A stretch of 64,000 nt of DNA from an uncultured Gemmatimonadales bacterium (GCA_963726955.1 CAVSEC010000007.1:403929-467928); one strand, 5' to 3'. Shown: positions 1 to 10,272, counted from the first letter of the stretch. Program-made: numbers and translations. Notes: a model not told the origin generated them from the sequence alone.

Positions 1-1
1 C

Positions 2-124
2 TACGTCTCCGACCGCAAGCTGGCCGAAGGCGAAGTGGTCGTCATCGGCGAGCACTTCGGCGTGCGCATCACCCGGATCGTCGCCGGGACCGATCAGCCG
101 GTCGCGCAGCGAGAGCACGGTCTG
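2..124 (+). CDS. fliN: flagellar motor switch protein FliN, C-terminal end (5'-partial at window edge)
   Basis: Frame 2 reads ...LAEGEVVVIGEHFGVRITRIV, the conserved FliN/SpoA C-terminal motif. There is no in-frame stop before the fliO ATG at 125. A TGA at 123-125 lies in frame 3, so the 3' end is probably disturbed by an indel. Confidence 0.5.
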
Positions 125-409
125 ATGCTCGGCGCCTTGGCCTCGCTGCTGTTCACCATCGGCATGCTGGCTCTCGGGGTCTGGGCGCTGCGCCGGTTCG
201 CGCCCGGCGCGGCGCGCCCCGGAGGCGGGCGCCTGCCGCTGGAGGTGCTCCGCCGCGTCGCGACCGGCCCCAAGCACGGAGTGGCGCTGCTCCGGGTCGG
301 CGAGCGGGTGCTGCTCGTGTCGCTCGCCGATGACGGGGCGCGACTGCTCACCGAACTGGAGGGGACCGACCTGCGAAGCCGCGCTGCGAACCTCCGGTCG
401 ACGAGCGCC
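125..409 (+). CDS. fliO: flagellar biosynthesis protein FliO (3' boundary uncertain)
   Basis: MLGALASLLFTIGMLALGVWALRRF is a single TM helix. It is followed by LEVLRRVATGPKHGVALLRVGERVLLVSLADDGARLLTEL, and the gene sits between fliN and fliP. The frame stays open to 550 and runs into a signal-peptide-like stretch (LLRYLPLVLALVAAA) that should belong to fliP, so the end coordinate is a guess. Confidence 0.45.
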
Positions 410-1239
410 GTGCCGCCCGGATGCACTCCGCGGCCCGGGCTGCTCCGCTACCTGCCGCTGGTCCTCGCCCTCGTCGCTGCTGCCGATCTGCCGCGCAGGC
501 GCAGGCGGCCGCCGGACGCGTCCCGACGCCGCGACCGTCGGGCAGCGTGAGCGGGCCGGTCGCGCCTCGGGTGTCGCTCACCATCGGACAGGGCGCCGAT
601 CAGCTGCAGCTCTCCGGCGCGGTCGGCATCGTGGTGTTCATGGGCGCGATGACCCTGCTGCCCGCGGTCTTCCTGCTGATGACCAGCTTCACCCGGATCG
701 TGATCGTGCTGCACTTCGTGCGCACCGCCATCGGCACCCAGACCGCGCCGCCGGGCCAGCTGCTGGTGGCGCTCGCCGTGCTGCTGACCGGGGTCGTGAT
801 GCAGCCGGTGATGAAGCACGGCGAACGACGATGCGATCCAGCCCTACCTGAACGGCCAGATCAGCCAGGTCGACGCCTACAAGAAGGCGCTGGTGCCGCT
901 GCAGCACTTCATGCTCGCCAACACGCGCGAGAAGGACCTCGGGGTCTTCGCGGAGCTGACCGGCGCACCAGGACGCGGACAGCCTGGAGGCGCTGCCGGT
1001 GCTCACGGTGACGGCCGCCTTCGTGACCAGCGAGCTGCGGACCGCCTTCCAGATGGGCTTCGTGATCTTCCTGCCCTTCGTGGTGGTGGATCTCGATCGT
1101 CGCCTCGGTGCTGATGAGCATGGGCATGTTCATGCTCCCGCCGGTGATGATCTCGCTCCCCTTCAAGCTGATGCTCTTCGTACTGGCCGATGGCTGGAGC
1201 CTCGTGGTGCAGCGGCTCGTCACCGGCTTCCAGGTCTGA
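410..1239 (+). pseudogene. fliP: flagellar export pore protein FliP, frame-broken (about 4 shifts)
   Basis: The protein reads across four frames. LLMTSFTRIVIVLHFVRTAIGTQTAPPGQLLVALAVLLTGVVMQP (frame 1) -> AIQPYLNGQISQVDAYKKALVPLQHFMLANTREKDLGVFAELTG (frame 2) -> [31 protein letters not shown] (frame 3) -> [47 protein letters not shown] (frame 1). The shifts are near 487, 822, 965 and 1095. Confidence 0.8.
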
Positions 1240-1243
1240 CGCC

Positions 1244-1514
1244 ATGGCTCCCGGATTCGCGATCGAACTGCTGAATCGCGCCGTCATGATGGCGCTCCTG
1301 ACCTCGGCCCCGCTGCTGGTCACCGCGCTGGTGGTCGGCGTGCTGGTCAGCCTGGTGCAGGCCCTGACCCAGATCCAGGAACAGACCCTCACCTTCATTC
1401 CGAAGCTGCTGGCCGTGGCGGTGGTGATGCTGCTCAGCCTGCCGTGGATGGTCCGCGAGCTGGTGGCCTACGTCGATCCAGACGTTCAACCTCCTGCCCA
1501 GCCTCGTCGGATGA
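1244..1514 (+). pseudogene. fliQ: flagellar export protein FliQ, one frameshift
   Basis: MAPGFAIELLNRAVMMALLTSAPLLVTALVVGVLVSLVQALTQIQEQTLTFIPKLLAVAVVMLLSLPWMVRELVAYV is in frame 2. After an extra G at 1475 it continues as IQTFNLLPSLVG* in frame 3, with the TGA at 1512-1514. Confidence 0.8.
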
Positions 1515-2319
1515 TGGCCCCGGGACTGCTCCGAGCTGATCGGCATCCAGGACGGGCCGGCCTTCGTGCTGGTGAGCGCGCGGGTGAGCGGGCTCTTCCT
1601 GGCCGGCCCGCTCTGGTCCATGGCCGGTGTGCCCAAGACCGTGCGCAGCGCGGCGGTGGTGCTGCTGAGCGCGGTGCTGCTCCCCGCGATTGCCCCATCT
1701 GCCGGCGATGCCGGACGACATGGTCGCGATGAGCCTGATCCTCGCCGGCGAGACCCTGATGGGTATCGCCATCGGACTGACCGGCGCGCTGGTCCTCCAC
1801 GGCATCTCCGTCGCGGGCGAAGTGGCCTCGCTGCAGATGGGTCTCTCGCTGGGCGAGGCGCTCGGGTCGCTGCCGCCGGGCGCCACCGTCGGCATCGGCC
1901 AGCTGCAGGGGTATTTCGGCATGCTGATCTACCTCAGCGTGGGCGGGCACCTGACGCTGTACCGCGGCCTCGCCGCAAGCTTCGCCGCGGTGCCGCCGGG
2001 GCAGGCGTGGCTGGGCGCCACCGGGGCTCGTCAGGCGGTGGACCTGGTCGGATCGGTCTTCAGCACCGGCGTGCGCGCCGCGGCGCCGATTCTGGTCGCA
2101 CTGCTCCTCGCCAACCTGGCCCTTGCGATCCTGGGCAAGGCGGTCCCCCAGCTCAACGTCATGATGGTGTCCTTCCCGATCACCATCAGCATCGGCCTCG
2201 TGGCCCTCGGGGCGACGCTCCCGCACCTGGCGGCGTTCATCGCGGGGTCGATCGACGGCCTGCCAGCGCTGGTCGGTCAGACCATCCAGGCATTCACGCC
2301 CATCCCCGCGGTGCAATAG
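1511..2319 (+). pseudogene. fliR: flagellar export protein FliR, about 2 frameshifts
   Basis: The ATG at 1511 overlaps the fliQ stop. SELIGIQDGPAFVLVSARVSGLFLAGPLWS...LLPAIAP is in frame 3. MPDDMVAMSLILAGETLMGIAIGLTGALVLHGISVAGEVASLQMGLSLG...VMMVSFPITISIGLVALG...* follows in frame 1. The shifts are near 1528 and 1692. Confidence 0.75.
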
Positions 2320-2321
2320 TC

Positions 2322-3411
2322 ATGGCGCAGAGCGACGGCCAGGAACGCACCGAAGACGCTACCCCCAAGCGGCGCGAGGAGGCGCTCAAGGAAGGGCGGG
2401 TTCCGCGCAGCCAGGAGCTCTCCGCCGCGACGCTGCTCATCGCCGGCACGACGACCCTCGCCCTCGCCGGCGGCGCGACGCTCGCCCGGCATGCCGTGGT
2501 GACGCTGCAGGCGGGCACCGGCTGGCTGACGGCCGTGCCGATGACCGTCAACGGTGCGGTCACCATTCTCCAGCAGGTCGGGCAGAATACGCTACTCGCG
2601 CTGGCCCCATTCTTTGGCGCCGTCATGGCGATCACCCTCCTGGTCAATGCGATCCAGGCGCGCGGCGTGATCTCCACCGAGGCGCTGGGCCCCAAGCTCT
2701 CCCACATCGATCCGATCGCCGGAATGGGCCGGATCTTCAGCGCGGAAGCCCTCTTCAATCTCTTCAAGGCGCTGGTCAAGCTCGCGGTGATCGGCTGTGT
2801 CGCCTGGGGCGTCCTGCATCATGCCTGGAACGAAATCCTCTCGACCAGCGGGGCAGGAGTCGAGCAGGTCCTGGGCGTGACCCGGGAGCTCGCCATCCGG
2901 ATGGCGCTCTTCGTCGGGCTCGTCTTCCTGGCGATCGCGGCGGTGGACTACGGCTTCCAGGTCTGGCAGTTCGAGAAGAGCCTGCGCATGACCAAGCAGG
3001 AGGTCATGCAGGAGCATCGCGAGTCCGAGGGCGATCCCGCAGGTGAAGGGCCGCATCCGCCAGCTGCAGAAGGCGATGGCGCGGAAGCGGATGCTCACGA
3101 ACGTGGCGACCGCGGACGTGGTGGTGACCAACCCGACGCACATCGCCGTCGCGCTCAAGTACGACCCGCTCGTCTCGCCGGCACCGGTGGTCCTCGCGAT
3201 GGGCGAGCGACTGCTGGCCAAGCGCATCCGCGAGATTGCCATGCGCGCCGGAGTGCCGGTCATCGAGAACAAGCCCCTGGCGCGGGCGCTCTTCGCCACC
3301 GCCAAGGTCGGCACGCCGATTCCGCCGGCCCTCTACGTGGCAGTCGCCGAAGTCATCGCCTTCGTCTTCCGGCGCAAGGGTACCCGGTTGCCGGCCCGGA
3401 GGGATAGATGA
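2322..3411 (+). pseudogene. flhB: flagellar export switch protein FlhB, one frameshift
   Basis: MAQSDGQERTEDATPKRREEALKEGRVPRSQEL...MTKQEVMQEHRESEGDP is in frame 3. QVKGRIRQLQKAMARKRMLTNVATADVVVTNPTHIAVALKYD...* follows in frame 1. The NPTH autocleavage motif is present. The break is an extra G at 3039. Confidence 0.85.
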
Positions 3412-5587
3412 CCGCCCCGTCCGCGGCCATCGGCACGGCCCCGACCGTCAGCGAAGGCTCCCTGCGTGGCGCGGCCGGTCAGCGCGGCAGGGCGCCGGCC
3501 GGCGGTTCCCTCGGCGCCGCCGAGGGGATGATCAGCAAGATGGGCGGCGGGGCGGAGACCTGGCTGGCACTGGCGGTGGTGGTGGTGGTGGCGCTGCTCA
3601 TCGTGCCGCTGCCGGCCGTCTTGCTCGACGCGCTGCTGGCCACCAGCTTCGCGATTTCGGTGCTGATCCTGCTGGTGACGCTCTCGGTGAGCGATCCGCT
3701 CGAGTTCAGCATCTTCCCGAGCCTGCTGCTGCTGGTCACGCTGCTCCGGCTCGGCCTCAACGTGAACAGCACCCGGCTCATCCTGAGCCACGGTCACGCC
3801 GGCGAGGTGATCGCGGCCTTCGGCAATGCCGTCATCGGCGGCAACTACATCGTCGGTCTCGTCATCTTCCTCATCCTGATCGTGATCAACTTCATGGTGA
3901 TCACGAAGGGCGCCGGTCGCGTGGCGGAAGTCGCCGCCCGCTTCACTCTCGACGCCATGCCCGGCCGCCAGATGAGTATCGACGCCGATCTCGGCGCCGG
4001 ACTCATCGACGAGGCCGAGGCGCGCCGGCGCCGCGAGGAGATCCAGCGGTACGCCGATTTCTACGGCGCGATGGATGGCTCGGCCAAGTTCGTGCGGGGC
4101 GATGCCATCGCCGGCCTGCTGATCACCGGCATCAATCTCATCGGCGGCTTCCTGATCGGGATCACCCAGCAGGGGATGACGGCCAAGGAGGCTCTGGGCA
4201 CCTTCACCAGCCTCACCGTGGGCGATGGCCTCGTCACCCAGATCCCCGCGCTCATCGTCAGCACCGCGGCGGGCATCATCGTCACCTACGGCTCCAAGAG
4301 CCCAAGGGTCGGCCCCGCCATCGCCCAGCAGATGATGCGGCACCAGGGCGCGCTGTGGATCTCGTCAGGCATCCTGGGCCTGATGGGGCTCGCGCCAGGC
4401 TTCCCGATGCTGCCGTTCTTCCTGCTCTCCGGCCTGCTCGCCGGCGGGGCGTGGATGGTCCGGGCGCGGGAGGAGCGCGAACGGATGCCGGACGCCGTGG
4501 TGCAGGTCAAGCCGACGGGCAAACCGGAATCGTCACCGATCAAGGATCTGCTGCTGGTGGAGCCGCTCGAGGTCGAAGTCGGCTACGCACTGGTGCCACT
4601 CGTGGACGAGGCCCAGAAGGGAGACCTGCTGCAGCGCATCGGTCTCATGCGGAAGCAGCTCGCCGTCGAGATGGGGATCATCGTGCCGCCGGCTCGCATC
4701 CGGGACAACATCCAGCTCCCCGCGACGGAGTACGTCGATCAAGCTGCGTGGCGTGCGCGTCGCGAGCGGCGAGGTCCTGCCGCGCTACCTGCTCGCGCTC
4801 GACACCACCGGCATCGCCGCACCGATCGACGGCATCCGCACCACCGACCCGAGCTTCGGGCTGCCGGCGGTGTGGATCATGCCCGACCGGCGCGTCGAGG
4901 CCGAAGCGAATGGCTACAGCGTGGTCGAGCCGCAGACCGTGCTCTCCACGCACCTGATGGAAACCATCAAGCACCACGCGGCGGAACTCCTCTCGCGCCA
5001 GAACGTGCGGGAGCTGCTCGACTGCGCTCAAGGAGACCCACCCCGCGCTGGTGGAAGACACCATTCCCGGCAAGCTCTCGCTCGGGACGGTGCACCGCGT
5101 GCTGCAGCGCCTGCTCCGGGAAGGTGTGCCGATCCGGGACCTGCCGCTCATCCTGGAGACGCTCTCCGACGCCGCCGAGACGACCAAGGACCCCGAGGCG
5201 CTGTGCGAGCAGGTCCGCCGCACCCTCTCCACCGTCCTGGTGCAGATCTACGACGATGGCGACGGCACCATCAGCGGCATCACCATGGGCCCGCGGCTCG
5301 AGGCCGCTCTCATGGGGCTGTTCAGTGCACGCCCGATGCGCGAAGGCGCACGCCCGCTGGAGCCCGAGGACCTCACCGCCGCGCTCCGCAGCCTCAACGA
5401 CCTGATGACCCTCCACAAGCGGGACGGGCAGTTCCGTCCGCTGATCACTCCACCGTCACTCCGCATCGGGGTCCGGCGGCTGGTGGAACCGGTCATGCCC
5501 AATCTGCCGATCCTCTCGCTGGGCGAACTGCCGGCCCAGACCCCCGTCCACAGCATCGCCACCTGGGAGTTGCCCCGTGCCGCTTGA
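3408..5587 (+). pseudogene. flhA: flagellar export gate protein FlhA, two frameshifts
   Basis: FPSLLLLVTLLRLGLNVNSTRLIL, ARFTLDAMPGRQMSIDADLGAG, FYGAMDGSAKFVRGDAIAG and LTVGDGLVTQIPALIVSTAAGIIVT are in frame 3. IKLRGVRVASGEV... continues in frame 1 after an extra G at 4737. LKETHPALVEDTIPGKLSLGTVHRVLQRLLREGVPIRDL...* continues in frame 2 from about 5030. The start may lie downstream of 3408. Confidence 0.9.
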
Positions 5588-6455
5588 ATCCTTTACCGGC
5601 CACGCCGTCGACGCGCTGCTGTCGCGCGCGAGTGAGATGCTCGGCCCCGACGCCGAAATCGTCGCGGTGCGCACGCTCCGGGCACCCGACGGCTCTTCCT
5701 ATTACCAGGTACTCGCGACCGACGCCGCCAGCGCTGCGGACGAGCGCCGCCGGATGGCGCCGGATGGCGGTACCCATCCGCTGCTCAAGAGCTCTCCCGG
5801 CCCTGCCGATTTCGCCCGCCGGCGCGAGGCGGACACGACACCGCGGATCATCGCCTTTGTCGGCCCGACCGGCGTCGGCAAGACGACCACCATCGCGAAA
5901 TTGGCGACCCACGCCGAGTTCTTCCGTGGCAAGCGGATCGGATTCCTCTGCCTCGACACCTATCGCGTGGGCGCGGTCGAGCAGATCCGCACCTATGCGG
6001 AGATCGCCGGCCTGCCGCTGGAAGTGATCTATGAGTCGGCCGAATTCCCCGATGCGTTGCGCCGACTGGGCGATCGGGACCTGGTTCTGGTGGACACACC
6101 GGGACGCGGCCCGCGGCATCATGCCGATACCCAGCAGATCCGCCAATGGCTGACGCAGCTCGCACCGAGTGAGGTCCACCTCGTCCTCCCGGCCGGTCTG
6201 CAGGAGGTGCACGTACGGCGAATCATTCAGACCTATCGATCCCAGGGAATCACCCATCTCCTGCCGACCAAGCTGGACGAGGCGATGGAGGATTGGAGCC
6301 TGTTCGACGCGGCCGCAGAGAATCGGCTGCCGATGCGCTGGATGGCCGATGGCCAGGAGGTCCCGCGCGATCTCAAGGCGGCGGCACCCCGGCTGCTTGC
6401 GGCCGTCGCCTCGCTCCGGGTGCGCACCGCGGTCGACGCCGAGGTCTTCCCATGA
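5577..6455 (+). CDS. flhF: flagellar SRP-type GTPase FlhF
   Basis: Intact 292-aa ORF with a GTG start overlapping the flhA end. It carries GPTGVGKTTTIAKLA, DTYRVGAVEQIRTYAEI, LVDTPGR and LLPTKLDE, and lies between flhA and flhG. Confidence 0.85.
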   Translation: MPLESFTGHAVDALLSRASEMLGPDAEIVAVRTLRAPDGSSYYQVLATDAASAADERRRMAPDGGTHPLLKSSPGPADFARRREADTTPRIIAFVGPTGVGKTTTIAKLATHAEFFRGKRIGFLCLDTYRVGAVEQIRTYAEIAGLPLEVIYESAEFPDALRRLGDRDLVLVDTPGRGPRHHADTQQIRQWLTQLAPSEVHLVLPAGLQEVHVRRIIQTYRSQGITHLLPTKLDEAMEDWSLFDAAAENRLPMRWMADGQEVPRDLKAAAPRLLAAVASLRVRTAVDAEVFP

Positions 6456-7279
6456 ACGATCAGGCGGCATTGCTGCGCACGATGATGGCTGGTCGCCGCG
6501 TCGCCCCACCCGAATCGCCGGGCCCGCCGACGTTTGTCATCGGCAGCGGCAAGGGCGGCGTGGGGAAGTCGGTGGTCAGCGTGCTGCTCGCCGGCCGACT
6601 CGCCCTTGAGGGGCGGCGGGTGTTGCTGGTCGATGGCACCCAGAACATGGGCAACCTGCATGTGCTGCTGGGCCTCGCGCGGGAGTCGCGACTCGAACAC
6701 CTGCTGGCCGACGGGATCGCCCCTCGCGACCTGCTGGTGCCGGTCAACGAGCAGCTGTGGCTGCTCCCCGCCGACAGCGGGGCGGAGGGCCTCTATGCCC
6801 TCGGCGCCACCGATCGGGCGCGGCTGCATCACCGGTTGAGTGCGCTCTACAGCGATTTCGACGCAGTGATCGTGGACGCGGGGCCCGGCCTGGAGAGTGT
6901 GGTTCGCGTCGCTACGATGCGCGCGACCCGCTGCATCGTGCTCACCGCGCCCGAGCCGGCGGCGCTCACCGACGCCTACGCCACCATCAAGATCGTCAAC
7001 GCCCAGGTCGCGGGTCTCCCCGTGGATGTCATGGTCAATCGGGTGGCCGACGACCGCGAGGGCCCCGAGACCTTCGAGCGCCTCGCGACCGCGGCCGAGC
7101 GGTTTCTGCATCGGGAGCTCCGGTATCTCGGCGCCCTCTGGGAGGACGAGGAAATCCGGCGCGCCGTCCGCGTGCCGGGCCAGCTGGCTCAGGGCATCGG
7201 CCCCGGGCTCAATCACGATGTCTTCACTACGGTGCTCGAGCGTCTCGATGTGCCGGTTCCGGCGAGGGCCGCTGTATGA
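6452..7279 (+). CDS. flhG: MinD/ParA-family flagellar number regulator FlhG (FleN/YlxH)
   Basis: The ATG at 6452 overlaps the flhF stop. It carries the deviant Walker A GSGKGGVGKS and VIVDAGPG, and lies between flhF and fliA. Confidence 0.8.
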   Translation: MNDQAALLRTMMAGRRVAPPESPGPPTFVIGSGKGGVGKSVVSVLLAGRLALEGRRVLLVDGTQNMGNLHVLLGLARESRLEHLLADGIAPRDLLVPVNEQLWLLPADSGAEGLYALGATDRARLHHRLSALYSDFDAVIVDAGPGLESVVRVATMRATRCIVLTAPEPAALTDAYATIKIVNAQVAGLPVDVMVNRVADDREGPETFERLATAAERFLHRELRYLGALWEDEEIRRAVRVPGQLAQGIGPGLNHDVFTTVLERLDVPVPARAAV

Positions 7280-8112
7280 AGCCCAATGCGAATGAGGTAA
7301 CCACGATGGCCACGACCGCACCCAAGGCACCCGCTTCGGCACCCGCCACCGCCACTCTCACCGATGCCCTGTGGCAACGGTACCGCGGCACCGGCGACCC
7401 GGCCGCCCGCACCCAGCTGCTCGATCGCTATCTCGGGCTCGTCCACCACGTCGCGCGCCAGGTCGCGGCCCGGGTCTCCGATGTGGTGGAGGTGGACGAC
7501 CTCGTCAGCGCGGGCACCCTCGGGCTGGTGCAGGCCCTCGAGGGGTTCGACCTCTCGCGTGGCCTGGCCTTCAGCACCTTCGCGATGCGCCGCATCCGCG
7601 GCTCCATTCTCGATGAACTGCGCAGCCGCGACTGGGTACCGCGCTCGGTGCGTGCCAAGGGCCGGCAGATGGCCGCCGCGGTCGCCCAGCTCGAGGGCAA
7701 ACTCGGCCGCGCGCCGGAGCCGAAGGAGGTCGCCGGCGTGCTCTCCCTCGACCTCGAGACCTACTGGCGCTGGCGCGAGGAGATCGATGGCGCGGTGCTG
7801 GTGTCGCTCGACGGGTCCGTGACACTCGATCATGCGGAGTCGGCGTCGCTCGAGGAAACCATGGGCGATCCCAACGCGCAGATGCCGGGGGAACGGCTCA
7901 GTCAGGAGGAGACCGTCGCCGGCCTGCGTCATGCCATCGGCATGCTCCCGCCGAAGGAGCGAACCGTCCTCGCCCTGTACTACTATGAAGAGCTGAACCT
8001 GCGGCAGATCGCCGAAGTGCTGCACGTGACAGAATCGCGAGTCTCCCAGATCCGTACCCAGGCTCTCAAACGCCTCCGCCAGCGAATGGCCCCGACCCAG
8101 GAGCAGTCATGA
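7276..8112 (+). CDS. fliA: flagellar sigma factor FliA (sigma-28)
   Basis: The ATG at 7276 overlaps the flhG stop. DDLVSAGTLGLVQALEGFD and FSTFAMRRIRGSILDELR are sigma-70 region 2. LNLRQIAEVLHVTESRVSQIRTQALKRLR is the region 4.2 HTH. Confidence 0.85.
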   Translation: MKPNANEVTTMATTAPKAPASAPATATLTDALWQRYRGTGDPAARTQLLDRYLGLVHHVARQVAARVSDVVEVDDLVSAGTLGLVQALEGFDLSRGLAFSTFAMRRIRGSILDELRSRDWVPRSVRAKGRQMAAAVAQLEGKLGRAPEPKEVAGVLSLDLETYWRWREEIDGAVLVSLDGSVTLDHAESASLEETMGDPNAQMPGERLSQEETVAGLRHAIGMLPPKERTVLALYYYEELNLRQIAEVLHVTESRVSQIRTQALKRLRQRMAPTQEQS

Positions 8113-8645
8113 ACCCGCGTCAGCTGCGTCTCGTCGTCTGCTTTCTCGCGATCTTCGTGCTGATCTCGGTCGCCCCGGTGGTGTCCGCGCTGCCGGCCTC
8201 GTTTGCCGGTCTGCGCCTCGATCCCGATGTCGCCAACGGCCTCGGCGATCTGGGCCTCACCTTCGCCGCCGGGATGGTACTGGCCGTTGGTCTCATCGTC
8301 ACCCGCCGCCGCCTGCTGGCGCGTCGTGCCCGCCGCCCGCAATCGCGGCCGAGTCAGGCTGTCGCGGTCGCGCGCCGGGAATCGGGGAAGGACACCCCCG
8401 TCGTCCGGAACTCCGAGCTCACCCGTCGGCTCCGGAAAAGGGCCAAGGGGGGCGCCCGGATCCCCGAGCTTGCCCGTACGTTCGGTCTCTCCCAGGACGC
8501 GGTGCGCAGCGCACTCGGCCAGGGCGTGACTCCTCCTGCCGCCCCTGGGGGAAGTTCCTTCCGGAACCGGAAGGCCGCGACCCCTGCCAAGCCGGCGGCG
8601 CGGGCGGTGGCCGTCCGGCGAAGCGCTTACCAGGCCCTCGCTTAG
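8109..8645 (+). CDS. hypothetical membrane protein translationally coupled to fliA
   Basis: The start forms an ATGA overlap with the fliA stop. Two hydrophobic segments are present (LVVCFLAIFVLISVAPVVSAL and LTFAAGMVLAVGLIVT). A basic linker and the HTH-like IPELARTFGLSQDAVRSAL follow. I recognise no family. Confidence 0.5.
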   Translation: MNPRQLRLVVCFLAIFVLISVAPVVSALPASFAGLRLDPDVANGLGDLGLTFAAGMVLAVGLIVTRRRLLARRARRPQSRPSQAVAVARRESGKDTPVVRNSELTRRLRKRAKGGARIPELARTFGLSQDAVRSALGQGVTPPAAPGGSSFRNRKAATPAKPAARAVAVRRSAYQALA

Positions 8646-8718
8646 CGCGTTGGCCAGTCGGGGGCCGAGGGGGCATACCGATTGCTTTCCTCGGACCCGA
8701 CTACTGAGAGGGGACCCC

Positions 8719-9429
8719 ATGGGCCTCGATGCCATCCGCAGCACCGCCCGCACCCTTGGCTATTACACCAGGCTGCAGGCGCTGACCGCCAACAATATCG
8801 CCAACAGCGACACCGACGGCTTCAAGGCCGATGTGATGTCGGCTCGGAAAATCGGGACGACGACCTTTCCGGTGCCGGTCACGAAGACCGATCTCTCCCA
8901 GGGCACGCTCACGCCGACCGGGCGGGGGCTCGATGTCTCGCTCGACGGCCCCGGGTTTCTGGTGCTGCAGACGGCGCAGGGCGAGCGATTGACGCGGGGC
9001 GGCTCGCTCGCGCTCGATGGCGCCAACCGCCTGGCCGATCGGCACGGCAATGTGCTCCTCGGCGAGAATGGTCCCATTCAGATACCGCTGCGCTACGCGA
9101 CGATGGACGTGCAGGCCGATGGCCAGGTGGTCGTCGACGGCACCCGGCTGGATCGTCTCCGGGTCGAGACGGTGGCCGATCCCGCCACGCTCCTGAAGGA
9201 TGGGGCGGGGATGTACCGGACCGCGGCACCGGGCGACGCCCGGCTCCCCGTGGATACCGCCACTACGATGGTCCGTCAGGGCCAGGTGGAAGACAGCAAT
9301 CAGGACACGCTCAAGGGTGTGGTGGACCTGGTCACCATCCAGCGCGCCTATGCGGCGAACATCGACTCGCTCAAGGCGCTGGACAGCGTCCTCGGCACCG
9401 TGGTCAACGAAGTCGGCAAGGTGGTCTAG
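8719..9429 (+). CDS. flgF: flagellar basal-body rod protein FlgF
   Basis: MGLDAIRSTARTLGYYTRLQALTANNIANSDTDGFKAD is the rod N-terminal motif. ...VDLVTIQRAYAANIDSLKALDSVLGTVVNEV is the rod C-terminal motif. The gene lies directly upstream of flgG. Confidence 0.75.
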   Translation: MGLDAIRSTARTLGYYTRLQALTANNIANSDTDGFKADVMSARKIGTTTFPVPVTKTDLSQGTLTPTGRGLDVSLDGPGFLVLQTAQGERLTRGGSLALDGANRLADRHGNVLLGENGPIQIPLRYATMDVQADGQVVVDGTRLDRLRVETVADPATLLKDGAGMYRTAAPGDARLPVDTATTMVRQGQVEDSNQDTLKGVVDLVTIQRAYAANIDSLKALDSVLGTVVNEVGKVV

Positions 9430-9477
9430 CAACCGTACGCGCGCAGCACCGTGCGCGCCCCTGACGAGGAAGACACG

Positions 9478-10272
9478 ATGAATCCCGGACTCCGCAGCTC
9501 CGCCAGCGGCATGCGCGCGCAGCAGACGCGCATCGACGCCATCGCCAACAACCTGGCGAACGTCAACACCACCGCGTTCAAGCGCAGCCGCACCAACTTC
9601 GAGGACATGCTGTACGAGACCCTGCAGGGGTCGCAGCTGGTGCACTATCAGGGGACCGAGACGCTGGCGCCGATCCAGATCGGCCGCGGCGTCCGGCTCG
9701 CCGACGTGCAGCGGGTGCACACCCAGGGCACGTCGGAGCCGACCGGCAATCCGCTCGACTTCGCGATCGAGGGCGACGGCTTCTTCCAGATCCAGCTTCC
9801 CAATGGCGACGTGGGCTACACCCGCGACGGCACCTTTACCCGGAGTGCCGACTCGGGCACCCTGGTGACGCATGCCGGATTCATGGTGCAGCCGGAGATC
9901 ACCATCCCCAGCGAGGCGACGCAGCTCACCGTCTCGCCGACCGGACTGGTGAGCGCCATCCTCGGCAACAACGGGCAGCAGGTCGAGCTCGGTCAGATGG
10001 AGATCGTGCGCTTCGCCAACCCGAGCGGGCTGCTCAGCCTCGGCGGCAACAACTACGCGGCGACCCCCGCCTCCGGCGATCCGATGTCCGGCGTGCCGAT
10101 GGAGGATGGCTTCGGCCAGATCGTGCAGGGGTCGCTCGAGTCGTCCAACGTCGAGATCGTGCAGGAGATGGTCGACATGATCACCGCGCAGCGGGCGTAT
10201 GAGGTCAACTCCAAGGCGATCAAGACCGCCGAGGAGATGATCCAGACGGCGACCAGTGAACTCATCCGTTAG
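9478..10272 (+). CDS. flgG: flagellar distal rod protein FlgG
   Basis: MNPGLRSSASGMRAQQTRIDAIANNLANVNTTAFKRSR, DGFFQIQLPNGDVGYTRDGTF and VQGSLESSNVEIVQEMVDMITAQRAYEVNSKAIKTAEEM are present. Confidence 0.9.
   Translation: MNPGLRSSASGMRAQQTRIDAIANNLANVNTTAFKRSRTNFEDMLYETLQGSQLVHYQGTETLAPIQIGRGVRLADVQRVHTQGTSEPTGNPLDFAIEGDGFFQIQLPNGDVGYTRDGTFTRSADSGTLVTHAGFMVQPEITIPSEATQLTVSPTGLVSAILGNNGQQVELGQMEIVRFANPSGLLSLGGNNYAATPASGDPMSGVPMEDGFGQIVQGSLESSNVEIVQEMVDMITAQRAYEVNSKAIKTAEEMIQTATSELIR

Noticed and set aside
1566-3407. A 613-aa plus-strand ORF that looks like a single large gene.
   Set aside because: It is a composite. The first about 40 codons are fliR. The middle is out-of-frame fliR. From 2322 it is flhB. 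After 3039 it is out-of-frame flhB. The length is an artefact of the frameshifts and high GC.
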